The notes under the pieces were generated by a model, which searched no databases, was not told where the DNA came from, and was given only the letters and a program-made list of their open reading frames with translations. The position numbers and the translations under genes are program-made. 64,000 bases of DNA from NCBI GenBank assembly GCA_963677485.1, contig OY781964.1:64001-128000 (forward strand), in the 5' to 3' direction. The DNA comes from Armatimonadota bacterium. GTDB taxonomy: Bacteria; Armatimonadota; HRBIN16. This document shows positions 31,548 through 41,444 of the stretch, one piece after another. Within the stretch, counting starts at the first letter, position 1. Each line of letters opens with the position of its first letter.

Positions 31548-32134
31548 GTCTATTACCCACAATTATTGCATGGCCAGTAGGTCACCGATTCCGCGACATA
31601 AATGTCTCGGCACATGGTCGATACTATCCCAATCTGGATTTGTATGTAACTGGGCGTTATAAAGGTTATGCCGCCAAACTGCGACGGGTTCCATCAGCCC
31701 GCTAAAGCAGGCCTCGTCACCCGTCGCTTATCATCTGGCTGTCCGCTGAAGCGGACGCGGGGATACGCCCTGCGCCGGCCGGAGCGAAGCGACGCCGGCC
31801 GCTAATGATCAGCCACGCGGTGAGGAAACCCCGTAGGGACGCCAGTCCCGTGGGGTGACTGAACCCGTGGCCATTTGCCGAAATCATCAGTTACACCATG
31901 GGCTGCCGTGTCTGCACGGGCGGGTGCTTGTGGGTAATAGACTGCGCTAAAGCACATGGCTATTGACCTGCCAAGCCTGCTGAAGCAGGCTGCAGGGCTT
32001 CGCCCTGTATGTATGCGGTTGAAATGTAGTAGCTGCACCCAGACTGCTTCAGCAGGCTTATTGATCAATAGCCGAGACATTTATGTCGCGGAGCCGGAGG
32101 TCATAAGCCTGTTGTTCATTTGTGGGTAATAGAC
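31548..32134. repeat. Mosaic of REP-like palindromes bounded by long inverted repeats
   Basis: 22-bp perfect IR 31590-31611/32071-32092; 15-bp IR 31548-31562/32120-32134 with a third copy at 31928-31942; internal AGCCTGCTGAAGCAGGCT palindromes. Confidence 0.8.
31681..31871. repeat. Structured repeat element, copy A
   Basis: Shares a 47-bp identical core and conserved arms with 42595-42829. Confidence 0.8.
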
Positions 32135-32157
32135 AGGTATTCAGATACGGAGACCGC

Positions 32158-32655
32158 TTACCTTATGTCAATTGGTCCGGAGATGTCGATGTGTTCGCCG
32201 ATACTATCGACCTTCTTGCCTTCAACTGTGATCTGCAGCTTGCTGATCTCAGGAAACTGGGCGATAGTCTTCTTCAGGCTGTTCAGCAACGCGGCTTCCT
32301 CGGAGCTGCCGCCCTGAAAGTTCCGCACCAGCTCTTTGCTGAAATCCAGAGTCACCAGACTACCTTTTTCGGTTGAGCCTAACAGACGGGTTCCAGAGGG
32401 AAATGGGCTGTCACGAGTGACCAGAAGATGCTCTATGGCCACCTGCAGCGCGTCTTTACCCTCTGGCACCTTCACTTCTTTGCTCACAAAAGTTTCCTCG
32501 CCCTTTTCCACTACCGGCGTCACCACAGATACCGTGGGAGCGGTCGGTGGGGTGACTACTGGCTTAGCCGGCGGTCTGGAAACCCAGAAGTAGCTTCCGA
32601 TGAACGCAACGGCCGCGATCGCAATGATGACAATGACGTTTCTGACGGTTTTCAT
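32158..32655 (-). CDS. GerMN domain membrane-anchored protein
   Basis: N-terminal TM; P.GTRLL, TLDFS.E, GGSSEE, TIAQFPEI..LQI.VEG. Confidence 0.85.
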   Translation of the reverse strand: MKTVRNVIVIIAIAAVAFIGSYFWVSRPPAKPVVTPPTAPTVSVVTPVVEKGEETFVSKEVKVPEGKDALQVAIEHLLVTRDSPFPSGTRLLGSTEKGSLVTLDFSKELVRNFQGGSSEEAALLNSLKKTIAQFPEISKLQITVEGKKVDSIGEHIDISGPIDIR

Positions 32656-32657
32656 CT

Positions 32658-34340
32658 CTACTCCCCTATATTTTCTGGATTCTGCAGATCACCATGTGGT
32701 GCAGGTTTGGCAGGCACGATGTCCTTCGGCCGTGACTTTGGCTTAGGGTCGACCTTAGGAACCGGCTTCACTTCGGGCTTGATATCCGGAATAACCTCAG
32801 GTTTTGGTGTGACGGCAGGGACGGTAGTGGTGACCGTATCTGTGCTGACTGGGTCTTGCACAGCCAACTCCTTGGTCGGGATGACCGGGGCGACTTCGGT
32901 GCCTGCCAGATACCCCTCAACAGCCGCAGCGATCGCATTGGCCACACGGTTCTGCCAAGCGGGGTCAACCAGCTTCGATCGATCGGCGGCATTGTTAATA
33001 AACGCCGTCTCCAAAAGCATCGATGGCACCTGACTTCGCCGCAAGACCGCAAAACCCGTGGCATAAACCTGAGTATCCGAGCGCACACCACGGCTGGGCA
33101 TGCCACTAGCGGATGTCACACCGCGCAAAACAGCCTGGGCCAGTGCCCTGCCATCTCCATCCTGTGCGTGGAAATAGCTAGTGGAGCCGGAGGCACTATT
33201 CACCTTTTGGTTACTGTCACAATGGATGCTGATGAACATATTGGCGGCCTGCTCCACAGCAAACGAAGGACGCCTGTCCAGTTCCACAAACTGATCACCT
33301 TCACGTGTCATGACCACATCAGCGCCACGCGCCTTGAGTGCATCGGCCAGTTTACGACCGATCGCCAGGGTCACATCCTTCTCCATCACCGACTCACTGT
33401 TGCCGCGACCCACCGCACCTGCGGAGAATCCGCCATGGCCAGGGTCGATACATATCTTGGTGCCCTTCATCTGTCCCATACCCGGTTTTGGTGTGCGCAT
33501 TACCAACACCACGGTATCGGAAGGCATGGTCACCGGGATGTCCACGGCACAAGGCTTACGGCTGGCAAACACCATACCGATGGTTCGCTTGGCCGGAACC
33601 GGTGCTACCAGATAGCGGTCCACCAATGGATGAGAGATCGGTTTGTTGATCTGCAGTCCAGGTGCCACAAGGCAACTTGTCAACTCCAGCTTAACCCCGT
33701 ATCCGTCATCCAGAGCGCGTAGTTTGGGCGACACAGGGCTGTCGAACTGCATGATGAGTTTAGCTTCGCTACCACTGGTATCCCAATTGAAACTTATCAT
33801 CTGAGCCACACCGGCCATGTTAGCCTTCGGAGGTGACGGTGGATTATTGGAGTCCAAGGTAGTCGTCGCCGGTACAGGGGGAAGCTTCGGTGCAGGCGCG
33901 ACTATCTTCGCAGCCTTCACAGGCGGGATATTGATCTTTGTAGAAGGCAGATCACTACCCAGGTGCAGCGTGGCCGATTGCTTATCGGCACTCACATCCA
34001 TTGAGTATGCGGTGGCACCCTTCAAATCAACCACCACACGTGCAATCTGCTCCGTGAACTGCCCCAGGCGTACACTCTTGACCGTTGCTGGTTGGTCGGT
34101 AGGTAGTTTGATGTTATTCATACTGGCTTGACATGGCTGGATATCTACCATCAACCTGTACGGGCTGCTCAGGGACCGGGCAGTAAACTGGACCTCGCCA
34201 CTACAGGAGATTTGCAGCGCACCATTGACCCACGTAATAGACGTAATCTTTTGTTGAGGCGCCGTGCCGCTCTGCGCAAAAGCCACCGAACAATGAACGA
34301 TCAACACCAATGCGAGCATGAACCTGCCGAATCCCTGCAA
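32658..34340 (-). CDS. N-acetylmuramoyl-L-alanine amidase (Amidase_3) with AMIN domain
   Basis: IDPGHGG, EKDVTL, FISIHCD, LLETAFI; AMIN-like VRLGQF..RVVVDL; TTG start after GGAGGT. Confidence 0.9.
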   Translation of the reverse strand: MQGFGRFMLALVLIVHCSVAFAQSGTAPQQKITSITWVNGALQISCSGEVQFTARSLSSPYRLMVDIQPCQASMNNIKLPTDQPATVKSVRLGQFTEQIARVVVDLKGATAYSMDVSADKQSATLHLGSDLPSTKINIPPVKAAKIVAPAPKLPPVPATTTLDSNNPPSPPKANMAGVAQMISFNWDTSGSEAKLIMQFDSPVSPKLRALDDGYGVKLELTSCLVAPGLQINKPISHPLVDRYLVAPVPAKRTIGMVFASRKPCAVDIPVTMPSDTVVLVMRTPKPGMGQMKGTKICIDPGHGGFSAGAVGRGNSESVMEKDVTLAIGRKLADALKARGADVVMTREGDQFVELDRRPSFAVEQAANMFISIHCDSNQKVNSASGSTSYFHAQDGDGRALAQAVLRGVTSASGMPSRGVRSDTQVYATGFAVLRRSQVPSMLLETAFINNAADRSKLVDPAWQNRVANAIAAAVEGYLAGTEVAPVIPTKELAVQDPVSTDTVTTTVPAVTPKPEVIPDIKPEVKPVPKVDPKPKSRPKDIVPAKPAPHGDLQNPENIGE

Positions 34341-34445
34341 AACGTGATACCTCCAGATAGTGCACCCAAACAGCACGGTTAGTGCTTATCTCCATGATAC
34401 ATCAAGCAGGGGCGAGTGCGTTTAGTTGGGAGCAGAAAAAAGATA

Positions 34446-34467
34446 AAGGGCGGAACAAGCCGCCCTT
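34446..34467 (-). terminator. Rho-independent terminator
   Basis: AAGGGCGG/CCGCCCTT hairpin followed by a T-rich tract on the - strand. Confidence 0.6.
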
Positions 34468-34493
34468 CGATTGGTTTGCCTAGTTACTAACTC

Positions 34494-34835
34494 TCACTCA
34501 AACCAGCTTTCGTCGACATTGACTACAGTCTTCGCGCCACCTGGCAACGCTACCAGTACGCTATTCTGTCCGTCCTCCACTTCGACCTCGCCGATTTTCC
34601 CCCAATATCCGGCTTCACTGCGTAGATATTTACTAATCGATTCGATGTCTTTGTTTTCGGCCTGGATAAACACCAGCTCTTTAGGTTCAGCGATTTCATC
34701 CTCGTCGGCGCTGCTGATTGGCCATTGTGGCCAATGCTTTACCCAGGTAGCCAGTTTCCCGTTGGTCAGACCGTGTTCTATCTCTTCGGTCTTCTCCATC
34801 GAATCCAATAAGAGATACAGCAATTGCATGGACAT
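34494..34835 (-). CDS. Hypothetical acidic protein
   Basis: 113-aa ORF with strong RBS AGGAGG directly after the ATPase gene. Confidence 0.6.
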   Translation of the reverse strand: MSMQLLYLLLDSMEKTEEIEHGLTNGKLATWVKHWPQWPISSADEDEIAEPKELVFIQAENKDIESISKYLRSEAGYWGKIGEVEVEDGQNSVLVALPGGAKTVVNVDESWFE

Positions 34836-34855
34836 GATACGTAACCCTCCTAAGG

Positions 34856-36979
34856 TTATGCGGGTGCGTCTTGTCTAACACTGCCGCTCAATAGACGTAG
34901 CGAGTTGAGGATCACAATGACAGCGACACCGCTGTCCCCCAAAACCGCTGCCCATAATGGAACCTGCCCGATGGCGGCGAATACAAGCAGGACCAGTTTG
35001 GAGCCGATGGCGAAAATGATGTTCTGACGGATGATTTGCCGGGTATCTCGGCTCAAGAGGATTAAACGCGGTAGTAGTTCAATACGATCATTCATTAGTG
35101 CGATATCAGCCACTTCAATGGCAATATCGCTGCCGATCGCTGCCATCGCTACGCCCACGTCCGCCGTCTTCAAAGCCGGTGCGTCGTTGACTCCGTCGCC
35201 CACCATCACCACGCGCCCTACTTCCTCGCGTAGTTTCTTCACTTCGCTCCACTTTTCCTCTGGCAATAGTCCCGATTTACACTCTGAAATCCCGATTTCT
35301 TTCGCGATTTTTTCTGCGCCTTGTCTCTGATCACCCGTTAGCATCAGAAGACGCGAGAATCCAAGTCGTTTGAGCCGACTCACCGCATTTCGGGCTTCAG
35401 GTCGAGGACTATCTCCAATTTCAATGTACCCCATATTGAGGTCATTAAGTAATACGTAAACTGCACTATCTTTTGTTATTTCGTCGCGAATTTTAAGGAA
35501 ACTGGCCCGCCCTACGCGCAGTTCGCCAAACTCCGATTGCGCCGCCACACCAAGCCCGTGAAAAACCTGGTTATCATGGCAGGGCAGCAGGGTTACACCG
35601 CGCTGAACGGCCTCCTGGCGCAGCGCTTCGGCCAACGGATGGTTTGAGCCTTCCTCTGCACTGGCGGCAAGTTGCAGCAGTCGCTGCTCTGTCACACCGT
35701 CACGCGGCACCAGTCTGGTCACGCGCATTTTACCTGTGGTCAGAGTGCCAGTCTTGTCGAAAACCACCGCCTTCACTTCGGCCAGTGTTTCCAACACCAC
35801 ACCACCTTTGATCAGTGCTCCGAACTTGCTGGCCGCCCCCATCGCGGCGACGATCGCCACCGGGGTGCCTATCACCAGCGCGCAAGGGCATGATATCAAC
35901 AACATGCTGAGGGATCGCATGAACCACTCCTGCCATCCACCGCCGGCAAACAGCGGAGGCAACAACATCACCAGCAGAGCCAGCCCAATCACAATCGGGG
36001 TGTAGACAGCCGCAAAGCGGTCCACCATCCGTTCGACCGGTGCCTTGCTCTCCTGTGAGCTTTCCATGAGCTGGATGATGCGCGCAATGGCGGTCTGCTC
36101 ATACCCACGCGTGACCCGTATATCCAACTGCCCACCGATGTTGTGGCTGCCCGCATACACTACCGAGCCCGGCTGCACAGGCATCAACTGGCTCTCGCCG
36201 GTGATGGTGCTTTGGTCCAGCTCACTGCGGCCCGATACCACCTCACCATCCAATGGCAGTCGGTCACCAGCGCGCACACGGAACAGCTGCCCCACGTCCA
36301 TGCCTTCGGCCTGCACCGACACTGTGCTGCCATCAGGCTCCAACCGCAGAGCCGTTTCAGGGGCGGCCTTCAACAATCGGCTGACTTCTCTGCGGGTGCG
36401 CTCGGTGGCCATCAACTGCAGCCAGTTGCCGATGCCGAACAGCACCACCACGCTGGAAGCCTCCGCGTAGTCGCCTATTCCTGCCGCACCCAACGCCGCA
36501 AGACTCATCAGCACATTCATGTCCAGGCGTTTGTCCTTGATGCTCCCCCAGGCCTGCTCAAACACGCGCCAGCCAGCAAGCGGGATCGTGGCCAGGAAGC
36601 AGATCATCGAAGCCACAAGCATGGGCCAGAGATATCGTAAGACGGCTCCCACGCCCGACAACAGCACGGCCACCACCAGCATGATATTCGCCAGCCGATA
36701 TGGGTCGCCCTGCTCTGCGGTATTCCCGCCTACCAGCCGGTAGCCTATCTTCTTGGCCGCCAGGTGCAGAGCAGCTTCATCAGTGCCAGGGAGCAGTTCA
36801 GCACGTAAACGGGCGGAACCAAAGTCCACATTCACCTTCACCACACCAGGCAATTGCCCGATGGTGTGCTGAAGGTGCTGCGCGCATTCATTGCAGTCCA
36901 TGCCCTGCACCTCAAAGCGCAGACGACAGGTGGTTTCAGCTTCTTGTGGCTCTAAGGGGGGTGCCGTGGGGCTACTCAT
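34856..36979 (-). CDS. cadA: Heavy-metal (Zn/Cd/Pb) P1B-type ATPase
   Basis: GMDCNEC, TGES, CPC, DKTGT, HP, GDGVNDAP. Confidence 0.9.
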   Translation of the reverse strand: MSSPTAPPLEPQEAETTCRLRFEVQGMDCNECAQHLQHTIGQLPGVVKVNVDFGSARLRAELLPGTDEAALHLAAKKIGYRLVGGNTAEQGDPYRLANIMLVVAVLLSGVGAVLRYLWPMLVASMICFLATIPLAGWRVFEQAWGSIKDKRLDMNVLMSLAALGAAGIGDYAEASSVVVLFGIGNWLQLMATERTRREVSRLLKAAPETALRLEPDGSTVSVQAEGMDVGQLFRVRAGDRLPLDGEVVSGRSELDQSTITGESQLMPVQPGSVVYAGSHNIGGQLDIRVTRGYEQTAIARIIQLMESSQESKAPVERMVDRFAAVYTPIVIGLALLVMLLPPLFAGGGWQEWFMRSLSMLLISCPCALVIGTPVAIVAAMGAASKFGALIKGGVVLETLAEVKAVVFDKTGTLTTGKMRVTRLVPRDGVTEQRLLQLAASAEEGSNHPLAEALRQEAVQRGVTLLPCHDNQVFHGLGVAAQSEFGELRVGRASFLKIRDEITKDSAVYVLLNDLNMGYIEIGDSPRPEARNAVSRLKRLGFSRLLMLTGDQRQGAEKIAKEIGISECKSGLLPEEKWSEVKKLREEVGRVVMVGDGVNDAPALKTADVGVAMAAIGSDIAIEVADIALMNDRIELLPRLILLSRDTRQIIRQNIIFAIGSKLVLLVFAAIGQVPLWAAVLGDSGVAVIVILNSLRLLSGSVRQDAPA

Positions 36980-37268
36980 GTGATTCCTCCAGAGCGTGGT
37001 CGCGGGCCTGCTCGACGAGGCGGTAAACATGGTCGTCGTTCAACGTGTAGATGATATGCTGCCCCTGCCGCTGGTGGGTCACCAGCCGCAGCAGCCGCAG
37101 CGTGCGGAGCTGGTGCGAGGCGGCGCTCTCGCTGATGCCGGCCAGCTCGCTGAGTTCGTGTACGCATTTTGGGCCGTCCATCAGCGCGCCCACCAGTTTC
37201 AATCGTGTGGGGTCGCTCAGCGCCGCAAACATCTGCGCCATCGCCTCCCACGCCTTTTGGTTCTCCAT
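36972..37268 (-). CDS. ArsR/SmtB family metal-sensing repressor
   Basis: F.ALSDPTRL, CVHEL, SAASHQLRTLR, alpha5 site D.H...H..E. Confidence 0.9.
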   Translation of the reverse strand: MENQKAWEAMAQMFAALSDPTRLKLVGALMDGPKCVHELSELAGISESAASHQLRTLRLLRLVTHQRQGQHIIYTLNDDHVYRLVEQARDHALEESHE

Positions 37269-37282
37269 CGCATCACCTGAAT

Positions 37283-37302
37283 ATATGAGTATGTGTTCAT
37301 AT
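37283..37302. promoter_or_regulatory. SmtB/ArsR-type operator
   Basis: ATATGAGTATGTGTTCATAT imperfect palindrome immediately upstream of the repressor start. Confidence 0.65.
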
Positions 37303-37440
37303 GATACCAGATTATGTGGGATTCGCATCATGCATTTGGAGTTTTTGTGGTGATCGCATCCGACCCGTCCTACTCGTCGGACTCGTCATACAGGTCATAT
37401 GGGGTTGACCTTTTTCATAGGTGGGTATCAACCATACACT

Positions 37441-37464
37441 GGGGCGGCCAGGCGGCCGCCCCAC
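37441..37464. repeat. REP-like palindrome (GTGG-type)
   Basis: GGGGCGGCCAGGCGGCCGCCCCAC right after the purH stop. Confidence 0.6.
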
Positions 37465-37471
37465 GCAACCT

Positions 37472-39049
37472 CTAGTGCCTAAAGTGCCGCTTCCCGGTAA
37501 AGACCATCGCCAGGCCCAGCTTATCGGCGGCGGCGATGACCTCGCCGTCCTTCTTGCTGCCGCCCGGCTGGATCACGGCGGTGATACCCGCCGCAGCCGC
37601 GGTCTCGATGTTGTCCGGGAAGGGGAAGAAGGCGTCGCTGGCCAGCACAGCCCCATTGGAGAGCTCACCGGAGTGCTCCGCAGCCAGTCGCACAGACTGC
37701 ACGCGGTTCATCTGACCCGCACCGGCACCCACCAGCACACGGTCCTTCACAAACGCGATGGCGTTGGACTTCACGTGCTTCACGCATCGCCATGCGAACA
37801 GCAAGGACTCTATCTCTTCGGCGGTGGGCTGACGCTCCGTCACGACTTTCAGCTCTTCGGCGGAGGTCTGCGCCAGGTCGCGCTCCTGAACCAGCGCACC
37901 GCCGGTCAGACCGCGCACCACGAAGCCCTCAGCCGGCTTGCAGATGGGGCCGGTGACCATCAGCCGCAGATTAGCACCCCACTTCTTCTTGGTGGTGAGT
38001 ATCGTTACTGCCTCGTCGGAGAACGACGGCGCGATCACTACCTCCAGGAAGGTGTTTGGCGCGGTGATCTCATTCGCGATGTCCGCATCAATCGGCACAT
38101 TCAACGCCAGGATTCCGCCAAACGCGCTGATAGGGTCAGCATTGCGTGCCGCCTTCACGGCTTCTACGGCAGAGGCGCGCTGGGCGATACCGCATGGGTT
38201 GGTGTGTTTCACGATCACGCAGGTGGGTTCCTCACCCGCCCACTCTTTCACAGCTTCCAGCGCGGCATCGGCGTCCAGGTAGTTGTTGTAGCTGAGTGCC
38301 TTGCCTTCCAGGGTCTGGGCGTTGGCCACGCTGCTCTCCTTGAAGCCAGGATAGCGGTAGAAGGCAGCCTTCTGGTGCGGGTTCTCACCGTAGCGCAACT
38401 CCGCCGCCTTGCGCATCGGCACGGTCAGCTCACCGGGGAACTGCTCATCCGGGCTGTATTTCGACCGCAGGAATGCGGCGATCTGGGCGTCGTAAAAACT
38501 GGTGTGAGCATATGCCTTCACGCACAGCTTCTGGCGGGTTTCCAGCCCCAGCGCACCGTCGTTGGCATCGAGTTCCGCCATGATCGCCGCGTAGTCGGAG
38601 GGGTCCGTCACCACCGCCACGGCGTGATGGTTCTTCGCGGCGCTGCGCACCATGCTGGGTCCGCCGATGTCGATATTCTCCACCGCATCGTCGATGCTCA
38701 CATCGGGCTTCGCCACGGTGCTCTCAAACGGGTAGAGGTTCACGCACACCAGGTCGATGGGCTCGTAACCCATGCCCGCCAGTGCCTCCATATGGGCCGG
38801 CTTGCGGCGGTCGGCCAGCAGTCCGCCATGCACCGCGGGGTGAAGCGTCTTCACGCGGCCGTCCATCATCTCCGGGAAGCCGGTGATCTGGTCGATGGGG
38901 ATCACTTGGATGCCCGCCTCGGTCAGAGCCTTGGCGGTTCCGCCGGTGGAGATCATCACCACGCCACGGTCGGCCAGTGCTTTGGCGAAGGATACGAGTC
39001 CGGTTTTATCACTCACGCTCAGAAGAGCGCGCTTTATGGTCACATTCAT
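37472..39049 (-). CDS. purH: Bifunctional AICAR transformylase/IMP cyclohydrolase
   Basis: RALLSVSDKTG, GRVKTLHP, IDIGGP, LRYGENPHQ, SDAFFPF, RHFRH. Confidence 0.98.
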   Translation of the reverse strand: MNVTIKRALLSVSDKTGLVSFAKALADRGVVMISTGGTAKALTEAGIQVIPIDQITGFPEMMDGRVKTLHPAVHGGLLADRRKPAHMEALAGMGYEPIDLVCVNLYPFESTVAKPDVSIDDAVENIDIGGPSMVRSAAKNHHAVAVVTDPSDYAAIMAELDANDGALGLETRQKLCVKAYAHTSFYDAQIAAFLRSKYSPDEQFPGELTVPMRKAAELRYGENPHQKAAFYRYPGFKESSVANAQTLEGKALSYNNYLDADAALEAVKEWAGEEPTCVIVKHTNPCGIAQRASAVEAVKAARNADPISAFGGILALNVPIDADIANEITAPNTFLEVVIAPSFSDEAVTILTTKKKWGANLRLMVTGPICKPAEGFVVRGLTGGALVQERDLAQTSAEELKVVTERQPTAEEIESLLFAWRCVKHVKSNAIAFVKDRVLVGAGAGQMNRVQSVRLAAEHSGELSNGAVLASDAFFPFPDNIETAAAAGITAVIQPGGSKKDGEVIAAADKLGLAMVFTGKRHFRH

Positions 39050-39111
39050 TTTTGGTTGTCTCCGATTTCTATAGGATATTGGCTGGTATCATGGTTAGTT
39101 TGTTCTGGATG

Positions 39112-39135
39112 AGGGCGGGGTGACCCCGCCCCTAC
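39112..39135. repeat. GTAG-type REP palindrome
   Basis: Reverse complement GTAGGGGCGGGGTCACCCCGCCCT. Confidence 0.7.
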
Positions 39136-39180
39136 GGTTACCTGGGCACGCTAATCTCCCGATTGGCATTTCTCGTCCCT

Positions 39181-39262
39181 ATCCGCGTTCATCCGTGTAA
39201 TCCGCGTCATCCGTGGTTCAGACAATACGGAATCCGAGTCCATCCGTGTCATCCGCGGTTCA
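39181..39262. repeat. Short degenerate tandem repeats (ATCCGYGTY)n in two blocks
   Basis: atccgcgttc atccgtgta atccgcgtc atccgtggttcaga ... atccgtgtc atccgcggttcaga. Confidence 0.7.
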
Positions 39263-39329
39263 GAAGTCACGCCCAGGTTCCAGAAAACCACAAAGGCGAG
39301 GCCAATTGCCTCGCCCTTGCGTAGTTGTG

Positions 39330-41444
39330 TTACAGGGACAGTTTGCTGAACTCCGCAAACTTTCGGAACATGGCATCGGCTGAGGCCAGGATCACCAGAC
39401 GGTTCTTCTTCACCTCGGCATCATCGTCCATCACCTTCACGTCATCAAAGAAGGTATTGACGGGCCCCACTAGATGCTGCAGCGCAGACAGAAGTGCTCC
39501 GGCATCTTCAGCGTGGACGGCCTGATGGATCAACGGACGGGTTTCCTTGATGGCTTGAAGCAACGCCTTCTCGGCATCTTTATCCAGTTTGGATGAATTC
39601 ACCTGATCCCACCAGCATTTTGGGCAGCCGGCTGCGGTTGTGTCCACCAAACTGCTGGCTTCGCCGCTCTTCAGGATGTTCCGCACGCGGGTCGCCGCCT
39701 GAACCAGCGGGATGAGTGTGTCCATCTCTGCCGTTCGCAGAACAGTGCCCTTGGCACGCGTATAACGTGGTTCGAGGTTGTCGACAAGCAGTGCCTGCAT
39801 CTGGTCGTTGTTGCAGCCGTCTTCTTCCAGGATCACTCCCAGACGACCCGCACACAGCTCCAACAGCAGTTGAACCCCTTCTTCGCTGACCTCAATCCCC
39901 TGTGTTTTGTACACATTGACGGCAGAATTGACTAGACTGCACAGCTCAGGCATATGCGGATGAGCGCTCAGAAGGTTCAGCAAGCCCTGTGCAGCGCGTC
40001 GAAGACCAAATGGGTCTCCAGAGCCCTTGGGCACGATCTTCTGCGCGCACACATAACCCACCAGGGTATCGGCGCGGTCCAGTGCCGCCAGGAAACGGCC
40101 CAGATCACTTCCAGGCAATGCTCCACCAGCACCGCGAGGCAGGTAGTGCTCCAGAATCGCCTCGGCGACCTCCGCCTTCTCTCCACTACGCAGGGCGTAT
40201 TCCCGTCCCACATAGCCCTGAAGTGCCGGCAGCTCCATCACCATCTCGGTGGCCTGGTCTGCTTTACATAGCTCCGCAGCGCGCACCGCATCAGCTTCCT
40301 CAACACCCACCAGCTCAGCATACTGCCCTGCCAGTGCCATCAGCCGCTGGGTCTTCGCCAGCAGCGTGCCCAGCTTCTCCTGGAACACCATGCGCTCCAG
40401 TTTCGGAACAAACTCCTCAAACTTGTGGGCCAGGTCGCGTTCGAAGAAGAAACGGGCGTCATTGAACCGGGCACGAAGCACCGTCTCATAGCCTTCTTTC
40501 ACGATCTGAAGGTGGTCAGAGTTTCCATTTCGGATCGCCACAAAGGCGTTGATCAACGCACCCTCGGCGTTGCGCAGCGGAAAATACCGCTGATGCTTCT
40601 TCATGGCGGTAATCAGCACCACATCGGGAAGCTCCAGATACTCTTCCTCGAATTTACCAACCACAGCGGTGGGATACTCCACCAGGTTGGTCACCTCTTC
40701 GAGGAGCTCTTGCAGATGGTCGGCTTCCCAGGCCACACTGGCCCCAGCCGCGGCGGCGACTGCATTCGCCTGCTCGACGATCATCTTCTGACGGGTATCC
40801 TGATCCACAATCACATAAGCCGACTCAAGGCTCTTCGCGTAGTCCGTGATGCACTTGATCTCCACAGGCTGCAGGTGCAGGAAGCGATGTCCCTTGCTGT
40901 TGCGTCCGCTGACCACGCCTTCGATCTCGATGGGCAGCACATCATCGCCGCAGAGCGCCACCATCCAACGGATAGGTCGCACAAAGCGGATGCTGCTCCA
41001 TCCCCAGCGCATCATCTTGGGGAAGGTCAGGCCCTTCAGCACATCGGGCACCATCTCAGCGAAGACATCGCCGGAGGGACGACCCTTCTCGAACACGTCC
41101 ACGGCTACATAGGAGCCCTGCGGAGTCTCCACCAGCTTCAGCGCGCTCACATCCACGCCCTGCTTTTTCGCAAAGCCCATGGCGGCGGGAGTCGGCTTGC
41201 CCTCTTTGAAGGCCACCTGTGCAGACGGTCCCTTGTTTTCACGCGTGACATCGGCCTGGTTCGAGGCCACACCGTTCACCTTGATCACCAGCCGGCGAGG
41301 GGTATGGTAGCCCTCAATCGCCTCAAAACTCACCCGGGCGTCAGCTAGTTTCTGGGCGAAAGCCGTCTTCATCTGTGAGATAGCCAGTGGCTGGCTGTTG
41401 ACTGGCACCTCTTCGGTGCCGATTTCCAGTAGTATATCAGCCAT
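39330..41444 (-). CDS. glyS: Glycine--tRNA ligase beta subunit
   Basis: LLEIGTEEVP, TPRRL, KMMRWG, FVRPIRW, HQRYFP, GSGDPFGLRR, FFDDVKVM; start overlaps glyQ stop. Confidence 0.97.
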   Translation of the reverse strand: MADILLEIGTEEVPVNSQPLAISQMKTAFAQKLADARVSFEAIEGYHTPRRLVIKVNGVASNQADVTRENKGPSAQVAFKEGKPTPAAMGFAKKQGVDVSALKLVETPQGSYVAVDVFEKGRPSGDVFAEMVPDVLKGLTFPKMMRWGWSSIRFVRPIRWMVALCGDDVLPIEIEGVVSGRNSKGHRFLHLQPVEIKCITDYAKSLESAYVIVDQDTRQKMIVEQANAVAAAAGASVAWEADHLQELLEEVTNLVEYPTAVVGKFEEEYLELPDVVLITAMKKHQRYFPLRNAEGALINAFVAIRNGNSDHLQIVKEGYETVLRARFNDARFFFERDLAHKFEEFVPKLERMVFQEKLGTLLAKTQRLMALAGQYAELVGVEEADAVRAAELCKADQATEMVMELPALQGYVGREYALRSGEKAEVAEAILEHYLPRGAGGALPGSDLGRFLAALDRADTLVGYVCAQKIVPKGSGDPFGLRRAAQGLLNLLSAHPHMPELCSLVNSAVNVYKTQGIEVSEEGVQLLLELCAGRLGVILEEDGCNNDQMQALLVDNLEPRYTRAKGTVLRTAEMDTLIPLVQAATRVRNILKSGEASSLVDTTAAGCPKCWWDQVNSSKLDKDAEKALLQAIKETRPLIHQAVHAEDAGALLSALQHLVGPVNTFFDDVKVMDDDAEVKKNRLVILASADAMFRKFAEFSKLSL

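Noticed and set aside
30081-32150. Intact prophage
   Set aside because: Only a terminase is present; no integrase, structural or lysis genes, and the flanks are housekeeping genes.
10753-37474. Genome-wide TAG reassignment (e.g. code 15)
   Set aside because: purH ends at its canonical RHFRH with TAG, and several other genes end normally at TAG.
37421-39112. Long antisense ORFs (also 19472-20302, 20952-21905, 40425-41348, 58262-59125)
   Set aside because: They are shadows of GC-biased genes or repeats on the opposite strand and carry no protein motifs.
39050-39329. ZTP riboswitch upstream of purH
   Set aside because: The pfl consensus elements are not recognisable; the region consists of REP and short tandem repeats.
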